A stretch of 64,000 bases of DNA from Elusimicrobiota bacterium. Its GTDB lineage: Bacteria; Elusimicrobiota; Elusimicrobia; UBA1565. This document shows positions 9,197 through 18,157 of the stretch, one piece after another. The position numbers were made by a program, and so were the translations under genes. The stretch is taken from assembly GCA_043827405.1 (NCBI GenBank), contig JBDRPD010000105.1:1-64000 (forward strand), in the 5' to 3' direction. How positions within the stretch are numbered: position 1 is the first letter of the stretch; every line of letters begins with the position of its first letter. The notes beneath the pieces were generated by a model that did not search any database, was not told where the DNA came from, and saw only the letters and a list, made by a program, of their open reading frames with translations.

Positions 9197-10987
9197 TTAT
9201 GACGGCAGGCCGGCCGGGAGGGTAAAGCGGAAGGTCGAGCCATGATCGGAGCTCTCGGCCCAGATGCGGCCGCCGAGCGTCTCGACGAGATGTTTGACGA
9301 TGGAGAGGCCTAGGCCGGTGCCGCCCAGCGCGCGGGAGCGCGCCTTGTCGACGCGGTAGAAGCGTTCGAACAGGCGCGGCAGCTCCTGTTCCGGGATGCC
9401 GATGCCGGTGTCCTGGACGGAGACCGCGATCTCGTTCTCAGCGGTCCGTGCCGAGATCTCGACGCGGCCGCCATCGTGGTTGTACTTGATCGCGTTCTCC
9501 AGCAAATTCAGCAGGATCTGATGCAGCGCCGCGCGGTCGGCTGTCACCTTAATGGACGAGGTCACGGCGCAGATCAGGGACACGCCCTTCTTCTTCGCCG
9601 GGTGGCCGAGGCTTTCGATCGCGTCCTGCACCGCTTCGGCCAGCGACAGCCGTTCGGGGCAGATCGCGCGCCGGTCCGACTCGATGGCCGCCAGGTCGAG
9701 AAGGTCATCGACGATTCGCGTCATGCGGTCGGCATGGTTCTCGATCGTCTCCACGAAGTCCATGCGGTTCTCGCGGTCCTCTATGCCGCCCCGGCGCAGG
9801 GTCTCGGCCGAGCCTTTGATATGGGCGAGCGGGGTCCGCAGCTCGTGCGAGACATTGGCCACGAACTCCTTGCGCACGCTCTCCAGGCGGCGCAGGCGCG
9901 TGATGTCGTAGAGGGCGAGGACCGCGCCGGTCAACTCGCCGTCGCGGATGATAGGGTTGGCCGAGGCTTCGAACAGGCGCTCGTCGGGCACGTGCAGGAT
10001 GGTCTCGTCCTGCTGCTGCTGCTGCGACTGGAGCGCGGTTTCGAGCAGCCCCCACAGCCGATCGTGGCCGATGACATCGCGGAAGGGGCGTCCGCGCGGA
10101 TCGTCGGAATCCAGAGCGAACAGCCGCCGCATGACCGGATTGAGCTCCTGGATCCGTCCTTGGCGATCGACGAGCGCCACCGCCTCCGCGATGTTGTTTA
10201 GGGTCGCCTCCAGCGGCGCCTTCTCGGCGGAGAGCTGGCCGACCGTGGCGCCTACGCGCTTGGCCAGTGCGTTGAGGACCTCGGCCAGGCGGCCGAACTC
10301 GTCATGCGAGCGGACCTCGGCGCGGGCCGTGAAGTCGCCGTGCGCGATGCGGTCGGCGGCGTCGGCCAGGCGGCCGACCGGATTATGGATCGAGCGTGAG
10401 ACGTAGACGGCCAGCGGCAGGGCGGCGAGCAGGCACAGCAGGCTGGCGATGGCGATAGCCAGCCGCAGCCGCGAGACCTTGGCGTGGACGCTGGAGAGCG
10501 GCATGGCCAACCGCAGGGTGCCCGCCGGCTTGCCCTGGTCGCGGATCGGGACCGCGACATATAGGAAGTCGGCGCCGACCGTACTGCTGTGCCGCACCGA
10601 CCGGCCGCGGCCGGCGGCCAGGGCGGCGCGGATTTCGGGTCGGCCGCTGTGATCTTCTATCAGTGCGAGGTCGGCGGCGGGAACCTCGGAATCGCCTACC
10701 ACCTTGCCCGCGAGCGTGGTGAGGGTTACCCGGGCTCCGGTCTTGCCGCCGAAGCCGTCGGCCCAGCGGTCGAGGACCGCGGCGTTTTCCTGCCGGAGGG
10801 CGGCGCGATCGAGCTGCGGCAAAAGCAGCTCGGCCTTGCCGGTCAGGGCGGACGCCAGCTCATCGGCCAGATGGGTCCGAGCGACGCGTGAGGCGACGAG
10901 GCCGACCATGGCCGCCGTGGAGAGAACCAGCAGACAGACCGAGAGGGTGAGCTTTCTCAGGAAGGTACGGCCGAACCAGTCAAGCAT
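9197..10987 (-). CDS. phoR: Phosphate regulon sensor histidine kinase (HAMP, PAS, HisKA, HATPase)
   Basis: RRLESVRKEFVANVSHELRTPL, NLLENAIKY, FERFYRVDKARSRALGGTGLGLSIVKH; adjacent to Pi transporters. Confidence 0.85.
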   Translation of the reverse strand: MLDWFGRTFLRKLTLSVCLLVLSTAAMVGLVASRVARTHLADELASALTGKAELLLPQLDRAALRQENAAVLDRWADGFGGKTGARVTLTTLAGKVVGDSEVPAADLALIEDHSGRPEIRAALAAGRGRSVRHSSTVGADFLYVAVPIRDQGKPAGTLRLAMPLSSVHAKVSRLRLAIAIASLLCLLAALPLAVYVSRSIHNPVGRLADAADRIAHGDFTARAEVRSHDEFGRLAEVLNALAKRVGATVGQLSAEKAPLEATLNNIAEAVALVDRQGRIQELNPVMRRLFALDSDDPRGRPFRDVIGHDRLWGLLETALQSQQQQQDETILHVPDERLFEASANPIIRDGELTGAVLALYDITRLRRLESVRKEFVANVSHELRTPLAHIKGSAETLRRGGIEDRENRMDFVETIENHADRMTRIVDDLLDLAAIESDRRAICPERLSLAEAVQDAIESLGHPAKKKGVSLICAVTSSIKVTADRAALHQILLNLLENAIKYNHDGGRVEISARTAENEIAVSVQDTGIGIPEQELPRLFERFYRVDKARSRALGGTGLGLSIVKHLVETLGGRIWAESSDHGSTFRFTLPAGLPS

Positions 10988-11675
10988 CGTCGCCCCGCGG
11001 CGCGCGGTAGCCGGCGCCGGTGACGGTTACGATGCGCTTGCCCTCGGACTTGAGCTTGCGCCGCAGACGCGCGATGTGCTGGTCGACGGTCCGGGTGTCG
11101 ATGTCTATGGCCCGGTCGTAGCCCCATACCTGTTCGAGGATGCGATCGCGCGAGACCACCTTGCCGTCGGCTTCCAGCAGCAGGCGCAGGAACTCGAACT
11201 CCTTGGGCGTCAGCGCCACTTCCTTGCCTTCGACCCGGACTAGGTGGCGGTCGAGGTCGACCTCGAGCCTGCCGGCCTTGAGCGTGCCGGAGCCGCGCGG
11301 CGCGTCCGCTCCGCTCCGGCGCAGCACCGCCTCCACCCGGGCCAGCAGCTCGGCGATGGAGAAGGGCTTGGTGACGTAGTCGTCGCCGCCGAGCTTGAGG
11401 CCGAGAATGCGGTCGATCTCGCTCTTCTTGGCGGTGAGGAAGATGATCGGGATTCGGGAGTCCTGCCGCAGGGCCTTGCACAACGACAGGCCGTCCATCT
11501 TGGGCAGCATGATGTCGAGGAGGATGAGGTCGGGCTTGTCCTTGCGGGCCAGGGCCAGCCCGGCCTCGCCGTCGTAGGCGGCGGCGACGGCGTAGCCCTC
11601 CTTCTCGAAGTTGTACTTAATGAGCTTGACGAGGCCCTTCTCGTCTTCGACGATCAGAACTTTTTTGCGCGCCAT
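10980..11675 (-). CDS. phoB: OmpR/PhoB-family response regulator
   Basis: Receiver (VEDE, LLDIMLP, KPF) plus winged helix RTVDQHIARLRRKL...TVTGAGY; overlaps phoR. Confidence 0.85.
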   Translation of the reverse strand: MARKKVLIVEDEKGLVKLIKYNFEKEGYAVAAAYDGEAGLALARKDKPDLILLDIMLPKMDGLSLCKALRQDSRIPIIFLTAKKSEIDRILGLKLGGDDYVTKPFSIAELLARVEAVLRRSGADAPRGSGTLKAGRLEVDLDRHLVRVEGKEVALTPKEFEFLRLLLEADGKVVSRDRILEQVWGYDRAIDIDTRTVDQHIARLRRKLKSEGKRIVTVTGAGYRAPRGDDA

Positions 11676-11682
11676 ATGTAGG

Positions 11683-11715
11683 ATTATAGCGCGGACGTTT
11701 GACGATTGCTTGACG
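11683..11715 (-). promoter_or_regulatory. Candidate autoregulatory Pho box and -10 of phoB
   Basis: CGTCAA-N5-CGTCAA (11-bp period), 10 nt, TATAAT, 7 nt, ATG. Confidence 0.65.
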
Positions 11716-11736
11716 TTTCCAGCCTGCGGCCGCGCC

Positions 11737-13113
11737 TCAGCTCTGCTTGAACTGCGCCACCAGCGCCGAGATGCTCGCCTTGGCGTCGCCGAAGAGCATG
11801 CTCGTATTGTCGGAGACGAAGAGCGGATTGCCGACGCCCGCGAAGCCCGGGTTGAGGCTGCGCTTGAGCACGATGCAGGTCTTGGCCAGGTCGACGTTGA
11901 TGATCGGCATGCCCCACAAGGGGCTGTCCTTGTCGGTGCGCGCCGCCGGGTTGACGACGTCGTTGGCGCCGATCACCACCGCCACGTCGACGTTGTCGAT
12001 CGTCGGGTTGACGTCTTCCGGGACCACCAGCTGGTCGTAGGAGACGTTGGCTTCGGCCAGGAGCACGTTCATGTGTCCCGGCATGCGTCCCGCCACCGGA
12101 TGGATGACGTATTTGACCTCGGCGCCGTTCTCCTCGAGAAGCTCTCCGAGCTCGCGGACCACATGCTGGGCCTGGGCCACCGCCATGCCGTAGCCGGGGA
12201 CGAAAACCACCGAGCTCGCCGCTTCGAGGACCAAATAGGCGTCTTCGGCCGTCATCGGCTTATGGGTTCCTTTATACTTGGCGCCCTTCTTGGCGGTCGC
12301 GGCGGAGCCGAAGCCGCTGAACAGGACGTTGGCCAGGGAGCGGTTCATGGCCTTGCACATGATATTGGTCAGGATCAGCCCGCTCGCTCCGACCAGCGAT
12401 CCCGCCACGATCAGCACATTATTGAGGATGACGAAGCCGGCCGCGCAGGCCGCCAGGCCCGAGTAGCTGTTCAGGAGCGAAACCACCACCGGCATATCGG
12501 CCCCGCCGATGGGGATGACGGCCATGATGCCGAGCACGAAGGAGAGCCCGACGGATATGTAGAGAATATTGGCCGAGGCCGCCGGATTTTGGCAGAACAT
12601 CACGCCGCAGGCGATGGTGCCGAGCACCAGCAGGCCGTTGACGATATGCTGGCCGCTGAATACGGTGGGGCGGCCGTCGATGGTCTCGGAGAGCCGCAGG
12701 TAGGCCAGCACGCTGCCGGTGAAGGTTACGCCGCCGATCAGCACCGCGAAAAATACCGCCGCCGCGGTGAACAACGGCAAGCCCGGATTGGCGTTGAACT
12801 CGGCCCAGCCGACCAGCAGGCTGGCGAGGCCGCCTGAGCCGTTGAACAGCGCCACCATTTCCGGCATGGCCGTCATCTTGACCAGGCGCGCCGACACCGC
12901 GCCGATGACGCTGCCGATCAGGACGCCGATGATAATCCACTCAAAGGAGACGATATGGTGGTCGAAGAGCGTCACGCCCATGGCCAGGAGCATGCCGGCA
13001 GCCGACACCAAGTTGCCCTTGCGGGCCGTCTCGGCCCGGCTGAGCATCTTCAGGCCGAAGATGAACATCGCCGACGCCAGGATGTATGAGAAATCGATGA
13101 TCGCGGGGCTCAT
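11737..13113 (-). CDS. pntB: NAD(P)+ transhydrogenase subunit beta
   Basis: MTAMPEMVALFN, GGADMPVVVSLLNSYSG, PGYGMAVAQAQ, HPVAGRMPGHMNVLLAEA. Confidence 0.97.
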   Translation of the reverse strand: MSPAIIDFSYILASAMFIFGLKMLSRAETARKGNLVSAAGMLLAMGVTLFDHHIVSFEWIIIGVLIGSVIGAVSARLVKMTAMPEMVALFNGSGGLASLLVGWAEFNANPGLPLFTAAAVFFAVLIGGVTFTGSVLAYLRLSETIDGRPTVFSGQHIVNGLLVLGTIACGVMFCQNPAASANILYISVGLSFVLGIMAVIPIGGADMPVVVSLLNSYSGLAACAAGFVILNNVLIVAGSLVGASGLILTNIMCKAMNRSLANVLFSGFGSAATAKKGAKYKGTHKPMTAEDAYLVLEAASSVVFVPGYGMAVAQAQHVVRELGELLEENGAEVKYVIHPVAGRMPGHMNVLLAEANVSYDQLVVPEDVNPTIDNVDVAVVIGANDVVNPAARTDKDSPLWGMPIINVDLAKTCIVLKRSLNPGFAGVGNPLFVSDNTSMLFGDAKASISALVAQFKQS

Positions 13114-13400
13114 TTCTTTTCCTTCCCTTTCTTCTGTTTGAACATGGCCAGCATGCGGTCGGTCACCAGATAGCCGCCGACCACGTTGATCATGGCCGCG
13201 GCGACCGCCGTGGTTCCCAGCACCGTCTGCAGGGTGCCCGAGGCGAGGGATCCGGCGGCGAGCAAAGCGCCGACGATGGTGATTCCGGAGATGGCGTTGG
13301 AGCCCGACATCAGCGGCGTATGCAGCTGAGACGGAACCTTCGCGATGAGCTCGAAGCCCAAGAAAATCGCCAAGACGAAAACGAATATCAGCAGTCCCAT
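13110..13400 (-). CDS. pntAB: NAD(P)+ transhydrogenase subunit alpha, membrane part (alpha-2)
   Basis: LHTPLMSGSNAISG, NVVGGYLVTDRMLAMF. Confidence 0.95.
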   Translation of the reverse strand: MGLLIFVFVLAIFLGFELIAKVPSQLHTPLMSGSNAISGITIVGALLAAGSLASGTLQTVLGTTAVAAAMINVVGGYLVTDRMLAMFKQKKGKEKK

Positions 13401-13410
13401 GATCGCTCCT

Positions 13411-14562
13411 CTATTTTGCGCCCGCGGTCTCGGCCAGGAGTCCGCGGATGTCGGCGTTGCGTACCTCGCCCGCGTGCGTGAGCAGGCAGCCGTCGATGAT
13501 CTCGTCCTTCAGATCCAGCTTGAATTCCTTTTTTTCTTTGTCCCAAAAGTGCTCGATGAGGTTCGCCAGGTTGGCGGCGTACATCTCGCTGGCGGAGGTC
13601 GGCACCACGCCCGGGAGGTTGCGGGGGCCGAATACGCGCACGTCGTGGATGATCACCTCTTCTCCCGGCTTGGAGCCTTCGACGTTGCCCCCCGTCTCGG
13701 CGGCCATGTCGATGACCACGCTGCTGGGCTGCATGCCCTTGAGCATCTCGTCGGTGACCAGGAGCGGCGGCTTGCGGCCGAAGACCTGGGCGGTGGTGAT
13801 TACGATGTCGGACTGGGCGCAGATCTTGGCCATGCCCTCGCGCTGCTTGTTGATCTGCTCGGGGGTGAGCTGCTTGGCGTAGCCGTCGCGCGTCTGGCCG
13901 GTCTCGCCGAGGTCGATCTTGACGAACTTGGCGCCCAGCGACTTCACCTGCTCCTCGACCACCGGCCGGGTGTCGAAGGCCTCGACCCGCGCGCCCATGC
14001 GCTTGGCGGTGGCGATGGCCTGCAGGCCGGCGACGCCGACGCCGATGATGAAGACGCGGGCGGGCCGGATGGTGCCGGCGGGGGTCATCATCATGGGCAG
14101 GATCTTGTGGTGCTTCTCGGCGCCGATAACGACGGCGGCGTAGCCCGCCAGGTTGGCCTGCGAGCTGATGGCGTCCATCTTCTGCGCGATGGTCGAGCGC
14201 GGGATGAGCTCCATGCAGATGGCGCTGGCGCCGGCGTCGGCGAGGCGCTTGGTCAGTTCGGGGTAGGTAAAGGGCTCGAGGTAGCTGATATGGATCGCCC
14301 CCTTTTTTAGCTGGTCGATCTCTTCGTCCGGCGGCTTGCGCAGCCGCAGCACGATGTCGGCCTTGGCCAGCGCCTCTTTGCGGTTGGGCAGGATGACCGC
14401 TCCCGCCTGCTCGAACTCGGCGTCGGAGATAAGCAGGCTTGTACCGAGACCGGCTTCGATCTCGATCTCCACTCCCAGCTTGGTGAGTTTCTTGACGGCG
14501 TCCGGAGTCAGCGGAATCCGGGTCTCGCCTTGGGTGGTTTCTTTGGGGACGAAAATTTTCAT
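13411..14562 (-). CDS. pntAA: NAD(P)+ transhydrogenase subunit alpha, NAD-binding part (alpha-1)
   Basis: VPKET..GETR, AQKMDAISSQANLAGY, GVGVAGLQAIATAKRMGA, DMAAETGGN. Confidence 0.96.
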   Translation of the reverse strand: MKIFVPKETTQGETRIPLTPDAVKKLTKLGVEIEIEAGLGTSLLISDAEFEQAGAVILPNRKEALAKADIVLRLRKPPDEEIDQLKKGAIHISYLEPFTYPELTKRLADAGASAICMELIPRSTIAQKMDAISSQANLAGYAAVVIGAEKHHKILPMMMTPAGTIRPARVFIIGVGVAGLQAIATAKRMGARVEAFDTRPVVEEQVKSLGAKFVKIDLGETGQTRDGYAKQLTPEQINKQREGMAKICAQSDIVITTAQVFGRKPPLLVTDEMLKGMQPSSVVIDMAAETGGNVEGSKPGEEVIIHDVRVFGPRNLPGVVPTSASEMYAANLANLIEHFWDKEKKEFKLDLKDEIIDGCLLTHAGEVRNADIRGLLAETAGAK

Positions 14563-14637
14563 AGTTTAGGGCTCCCTTCAGCACCGATCGTATCGCGGTC
14601 GGACAGGATAACTAACTTTATCAATTTCGGGCAAGTA

Positions 14638-15168
14638 TCAAAATTGCGTTTTGGGATCGGACAGGTGGCACTGCCGGCAGCTGCTGCGCTCCGGGTGAGG
14701 GCTGCGCATGTTTTTATTCGGCTGTTCCGCGCCGTGGCAGACGCCGCATTTCTCGCGCAGAAACAGCCGGTGCGGAATCGCCGGCGGCGCCTTGGGGTGG
14801 GCGCGGCGTCCCGTACGCGGCTCTTTGAGACCGCGCCAGTTGGTCGCGACCGCGGCCGGCCGCTCGCCCGGAGGAGCGCTGCGTACGTGGCACTGCTGGC
14901 AGTTGGAGAACTCTGGGTGCGGCGTCTGGATGCTCACACGGTCGCCGAGATCCGTGACGTTTTCGTGGCAGCCGAGGCAGGTCTCGCTGCCCCGGTCAGC
15001 GATCTCATGCGGGATGACCGGCGGCGCGGTGTAGAAAGCACGCCGCTGGGCCCGCACCGGGTCGACCGGATCATCCTCGTCGGCGCCGAGCCCAGGCGTC
15101 GCCGCGAGCGCGGCCAGCCCGGCGCAGCCCATAACGGCCAGCAGGACGCGGCAGTTCCGGCTCATCAT
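14638..15168 (-). CDS. napB: NapB-like periplasmic cytochrome c with four CxxCH motifs
   Basis: Signal peptide; two PPxIPH units; CLGCH, CQQCH, CGVCH, CRQCH; ATGA overlap with napA stop. Confidence 0.8.
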   Translation of the reverse strand: MMSRNCRVLLAVMGCAGLAALAATPGLGADEDDPVDPVRAQRRAFYTAPPVIPHEIADRGSETCLGCHENVTDLGDRVSIQTPHPEFSNCQQCHVRSAPPGERPAAVATNWRGLKEPRTGRRAHPKAPPAIPHRLFLREKCGVCHGAEQPNKNMRSPHPERSSCRQCHLSDPKTQF

Positions 15169-17510
15169 GCTCGTTCCACCTTGACCGCGCACTTCTTGTA
15201 GTCGGGCTCCTTGGAGAACGGATCCCAGGCGTCGAGCGTCACCTGGTTGATGAGGCGGCCCTCGTCGAAGAAGGGCACAAAGACCAGACCCTTCTGCGGC
15301 ACGCTGCGCTCATCGATGGAAGCCGGCAGGACGATCTCGCCGCGGCGGGAGGCGACGCGGACCTCGTCGCCGCCGCGGATGCCGAGACGCGCGGCGTCCG
15401 CGGGATGCAGCTCCACGTACGCCCGCGGCATCGCGTTGTTAAGCTGGGGGACCCGCCGCGTCATCGTGCCCGTGTGCCAGTGCTCGATAACGCGGCCGGT
15501 GCACAGCCAGAAGGGATAGTTCTTGTCCGGCATTTCCGGCGGGTCCTCGTAGGGGCGGGCGTAGACAATGGCGCGCTGGTCCCCGGCCTTGGCCATATAG
15601 AAGGAAACGCCGTCGTCCTTTTTCACGTAGGGATCCTCGCCCTCGACGAAGCGCCGCTTGGTCTCGCGCCACGCGCCGGCGGCGTCCTGGACCACGGGCC
15701 AGCGCAGGCCGCGGTTCTCGACGTAGACGTCGTAGGGGGCGAGGTCCTTGTGCTTGAGGGTGGTAAAGCGCCGGTACTCCTCGAACAGGATCTTGTCGAT
15801 GTTGTGCTTCTTGAATTCGCTCCACTTCCAGGCTTCGATCTCGCGCCCCTTCTCGTCGCGTACCGTGAGCAGGAAGCCGCCGTCGCGGTCGCGCATGCCA
15901 GCGAAGCCCTTGTCGTAGAGGCGGCGCGCGACGGCGAGCAGCTGCCAGACGTCGTCGCGGGCGTCTCCCGGGGGTTCGATCATCTTGAACCATTGCTGGG
16001 TGCGCCGTTCGGTATTGCCGAACACACCGTTCTTCTCCACCCAGCCGGCCGAGGGCAGGACCACGTCGGCGAGCTCGGTGGTCACCGTCGGGTAGATGTC
16101 GGAGACCACCAGGAACCGGTCGCGCGCGGCCCGCATGTTCTCGTTGAGGTTGGGGATGGTCTGGGCGGGATTGGTCACCTGCACCCACATCCCGGTCAGC
16201 CCGCCGGATGCCAGCTCCTGGAACATCTGGACGGCGTGAAAGCCCGGTTTGGGGTTGAGCGCACCCGGTTGGGTGCGCCAGACGTCCTCGGTGAACTTGC
16301 GGTGCGCTGGGTCGTTGACAACGCGGCCGCCGGGCAGGGCGTGCGCCAGCGTCCCCACCTCGCGGCAGGTGCCGCAGGCGCTGGGCTGGCCGGTGAGCGA
16401 GAGCGGCGTGCTGCCCGGCTTGCCGATCTTGCCCGCGAGCAGGTGCACGTTGTAGACCAGGTTATTGATCGCCGTGCCGCGCGTATGCTGGTTCATCCCC
16501 ATGCACCACAGCGAGACCACTTTCCGCTCGGGATCGGCGAACTGGTCGGCCAGCACTTCCAGCTGCTTGACCGACAGTCCGGACCGCTGCGCCACCTGCT
16601 CCGGGGAGTAGTCCTCCAGGAAGCGCCGGTAGTCAGCGAAGCTGATGTCCTTTTCCTCGTTCGACTTGAAGCGCACGCGCTTTTCCACAAAGGCATTGTC
16701 GTAGGCGCCGCGCTTGAGCAGGATGTGGCAGATACCATTGGCGATTGCGAGGTCGGTTTGCGGAACAAACTCCATATAGTGATCGGCTGCTTCCGAGGTG
16801 CGGGTGCGGCGCGTAGCGAGATCGATCATGGTGACGGCGTCACCCTTGCTCTTGCGGTCGATGAAGCGCGAGAACAGGATGGGATGCATCTCGGCCCAGT
16901 TGTTGCCCCAGCAGATCACGGTGTCGCAGGTGTCGAGATCGTCGTAGCAGCCGGAGGGCTCATCCACGCCGAAGGTTTTGATGAAGCCGACGACCGCGCT
17001 CGCCATGCACAGTCGGGCGTTGGGATCGATGTGATTGCTGCCGAGCCCGCCCTTGAGGAATTTCATCGCGGTATAGCCTTCAATGACCGTCCACTGGCCC
17101 GAGCCGTAGACCGCGAAGCGTTCGGGGTCGGCGATAATCCTGTCGGCGATGAGGTCGATCGCCTGGTCCCAACTCGCCGGCGTCAGCTTGTCGTTTTTGC
17201 GGATCAGGGGGCGCGTCAGACGGTCGGGGCCGTAGAGGGCGGCGCCGGCGCTGTAGCCTTTGATGCAGAGCAGGCCCTTATTGACGGGGTTCTTGCGGTC
17301 GCCCTGTACGGCGACGATGCGGCCGTCCTTGACGCCCACCAGGGAGCCGCAGCCGGTGCCGCAGAATCGGCAGGGGGCTTTATGCCAGGACAGCCCGTCG
17401 CTGCCGAGGCGCTCGGCCGCAGCTTCGGCCGGCGCCGAGCTCAGGGCGGCCAGGGCCGCCGCTTGCGCGGAAAGCTTCAGGAACTGTCTACGCGTCAGGG
17501 ATTTTCTCAT
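15165..17510 (-). CDS. napA: Periplasmic nitrate reductase catalytic subunit
   Basis: Tat signal TRRQFLK; CRFCGTGC; DPNARLCMASAV (Mo-ligand Cys); NQHTRG; LTGQPSACG; SKEPDYKKCAVK. Confidence 0.95.
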   Translation of the reverse strand: MRKSLTRRQFLKLSAQAAALAALSSAPAEAAAERLGSDGLSWHKAPCRFCGTGCGSLVGVKDGRIVAVQGDRKNPVNKGLLCIKGYSAGAALYGPDRLTRPLIRKNDKLTPASWDQAIDLIADRIIADPERFAVYGSGQWTVIEGYTAMKFLKGGLGSNHIDPNARLCMASAVVGFIKTFGVDEPSGCYDDLDTCDTVICWGNNWAEMHPILFSRFIDRKSKGDAVTMIDLATRRTRTSEAADHYMEFVPQTDLAIANGICHILLKRGAYDNAFVEKRVRFKSNEEKDISFADYRRFLEDYSPEQVAQRSGLSVKQLEVLADQFADPERKVVSLWCMGMNQHTRGTAINNLVYNVHLLAGKIGKPGSTPLSLTGQPSACGTCREVGTLAHALPGGRVVNDPAHRKFTEDVWRTQPGALNPKPGFHAVQMFQELASGGLTGMWVQVTNPAQTIPNLNENMRAARDRFLVVSDIYPTVTTELADVVLPSAGWVEKNGVFGNTERRTQQWFKMIEPPGDARDDVWQLLAVARRLYDKGFAGMRDRDGGFLLTVRDEKGREIEAWKWSEFKKHNIDKILFEEYRRFTTLKHKDLAPYDVYVENRGLRWPVVQDAAGAWRETKRRFVEGEDPYVKKDDGVSFYMAKAGDQRAIVYARPYEDPPEMPDKNYPFWLCTGRVIEHWHTGTMTRRVPQLNNAMPRAYVELHPADAARLGIRGGDEVRVASRRGEIVLPASIDERSVPQKGLVFVPFFDEGRLINQVTLDAWDPFSKEPDYKKCAVKVERA

Positions 17511-17754
17511 CGTTCTGTTCTCCTGCGGCGTCTTCGAAGTTGTGATAGACCAGGTCGACTTGGACGACTCCTGGGATGCGCTCGATGCTCTTCCATACCG
17601 ACTTGTCTTCAGCGGGGAGCGAGGAGTCGGTAACTACCACCAGGTTCTCACCTTTTGCGTCGGTGACTTCGGCATGCGGGAGTTCGTTGATGGCGCGGCG
17701 GACTTTCTCGGTGCTGGCGCACTGGGTGCGGACGATGAGACTGGATATTGACAT
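17488..17754 (-). CDS. napD: NapD Tat-proofreading chaperone
   Basis: 88 aa, MSISSLIV...LVVVTD...[12 protein letters not shown], directly upstream of napA. Confidence 0.9.
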   Translation of the reverse strand: MSISSLIVRTQCASTEKVRRAINELPHAEVTDAKGENLVVVTDSSLPAEDKSVWKSIERIPGVVQVDLVYHNFEDAAGEQNDEKIPDA

Positions 17755-17761
17755 ATATCAA
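17748..17761. promoter_or_regulatory. FNR/Crp-type box overlapping the napD start codon
   Basis: TTGAC-ATAT-ATCAA, one mismatch to TTGAT-N4-ATCAA. Confidence 0.5.
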
Positions 17762-17810
17762 ATACGCTATTCGTCAATTCAAGCAATTTCCCGGCCGGGT
17801 GTCGAGCGGT

Positions 17811-18131
17811 CTAGCGTATCATCTTCAGCTGCTCGGTGGCGACGGTTTTAATAACCGTCTCGCAGCAGCCGAAGAACTTGAGGATGCAGGGGACTCTGAG
17901 GGAATAGAAGACCTGATTGCCGCGCTTTTCGGCGGCGACAATGCCGGCGTTTTTGAGCAGCGTCAGGTGCTTGGATACCGTGGAGATATCGGCGCCGACG
18001 ATCTCGGTCAGGTCGCGCACGCAGCGTTCTTTTTCCGCCAAGGCGTCCACCATGCACAGGCGCGCCGGATGGGCCATCGCTTTCACGATCCGGGCGCGGG
18101 CTTCGAACTGGGCGCGGGTCTTGCCGTTCAT
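17811..18131 (-). CDS. arsR: ArsR/SmtB-family metalloregulator
   Basis: [33 protein letters not shown]-terminal C-x6-CC; divergent from acr3. Confidence 0.9.
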   Translation of the reverse strand: MNGKTRAQFEARARIVKAMAHPARLCMVDALAEKERCVRDLTEIVGADISTVSKHLTLLKNAGIVAAEKRGNQVFYSLRVPCILKFFGCCETVIKTVATEQLKMIR

Positions 18132-18137
18132 TTGTCT

Positions 18138-18157
18138 ATTTGGTATTATAGCCAAAT
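18138..18157. promoter_or_regulatory. Inverted-repeat operator enclosing divergent -10 elements (arsR / acr3-hgcAB)
   Basis: ATTTGG-TATTATAG-CCAAAT; the spacer reads TATTAT on + and TATAAT on -. Confidence 0.65.

Noticed and set aside
15165..17510. Molybdoenzyme as arsenate reductase or arsenite oxidase because of nearby ars genes
   Set aside because: NapA-specific motifs and flanking napD and napB-like genes
17748..18155. N-terminal extension of Acr3 in the ORF track
   Set aside because: Antisense to arsR; Acr3 similarity begins at 18156
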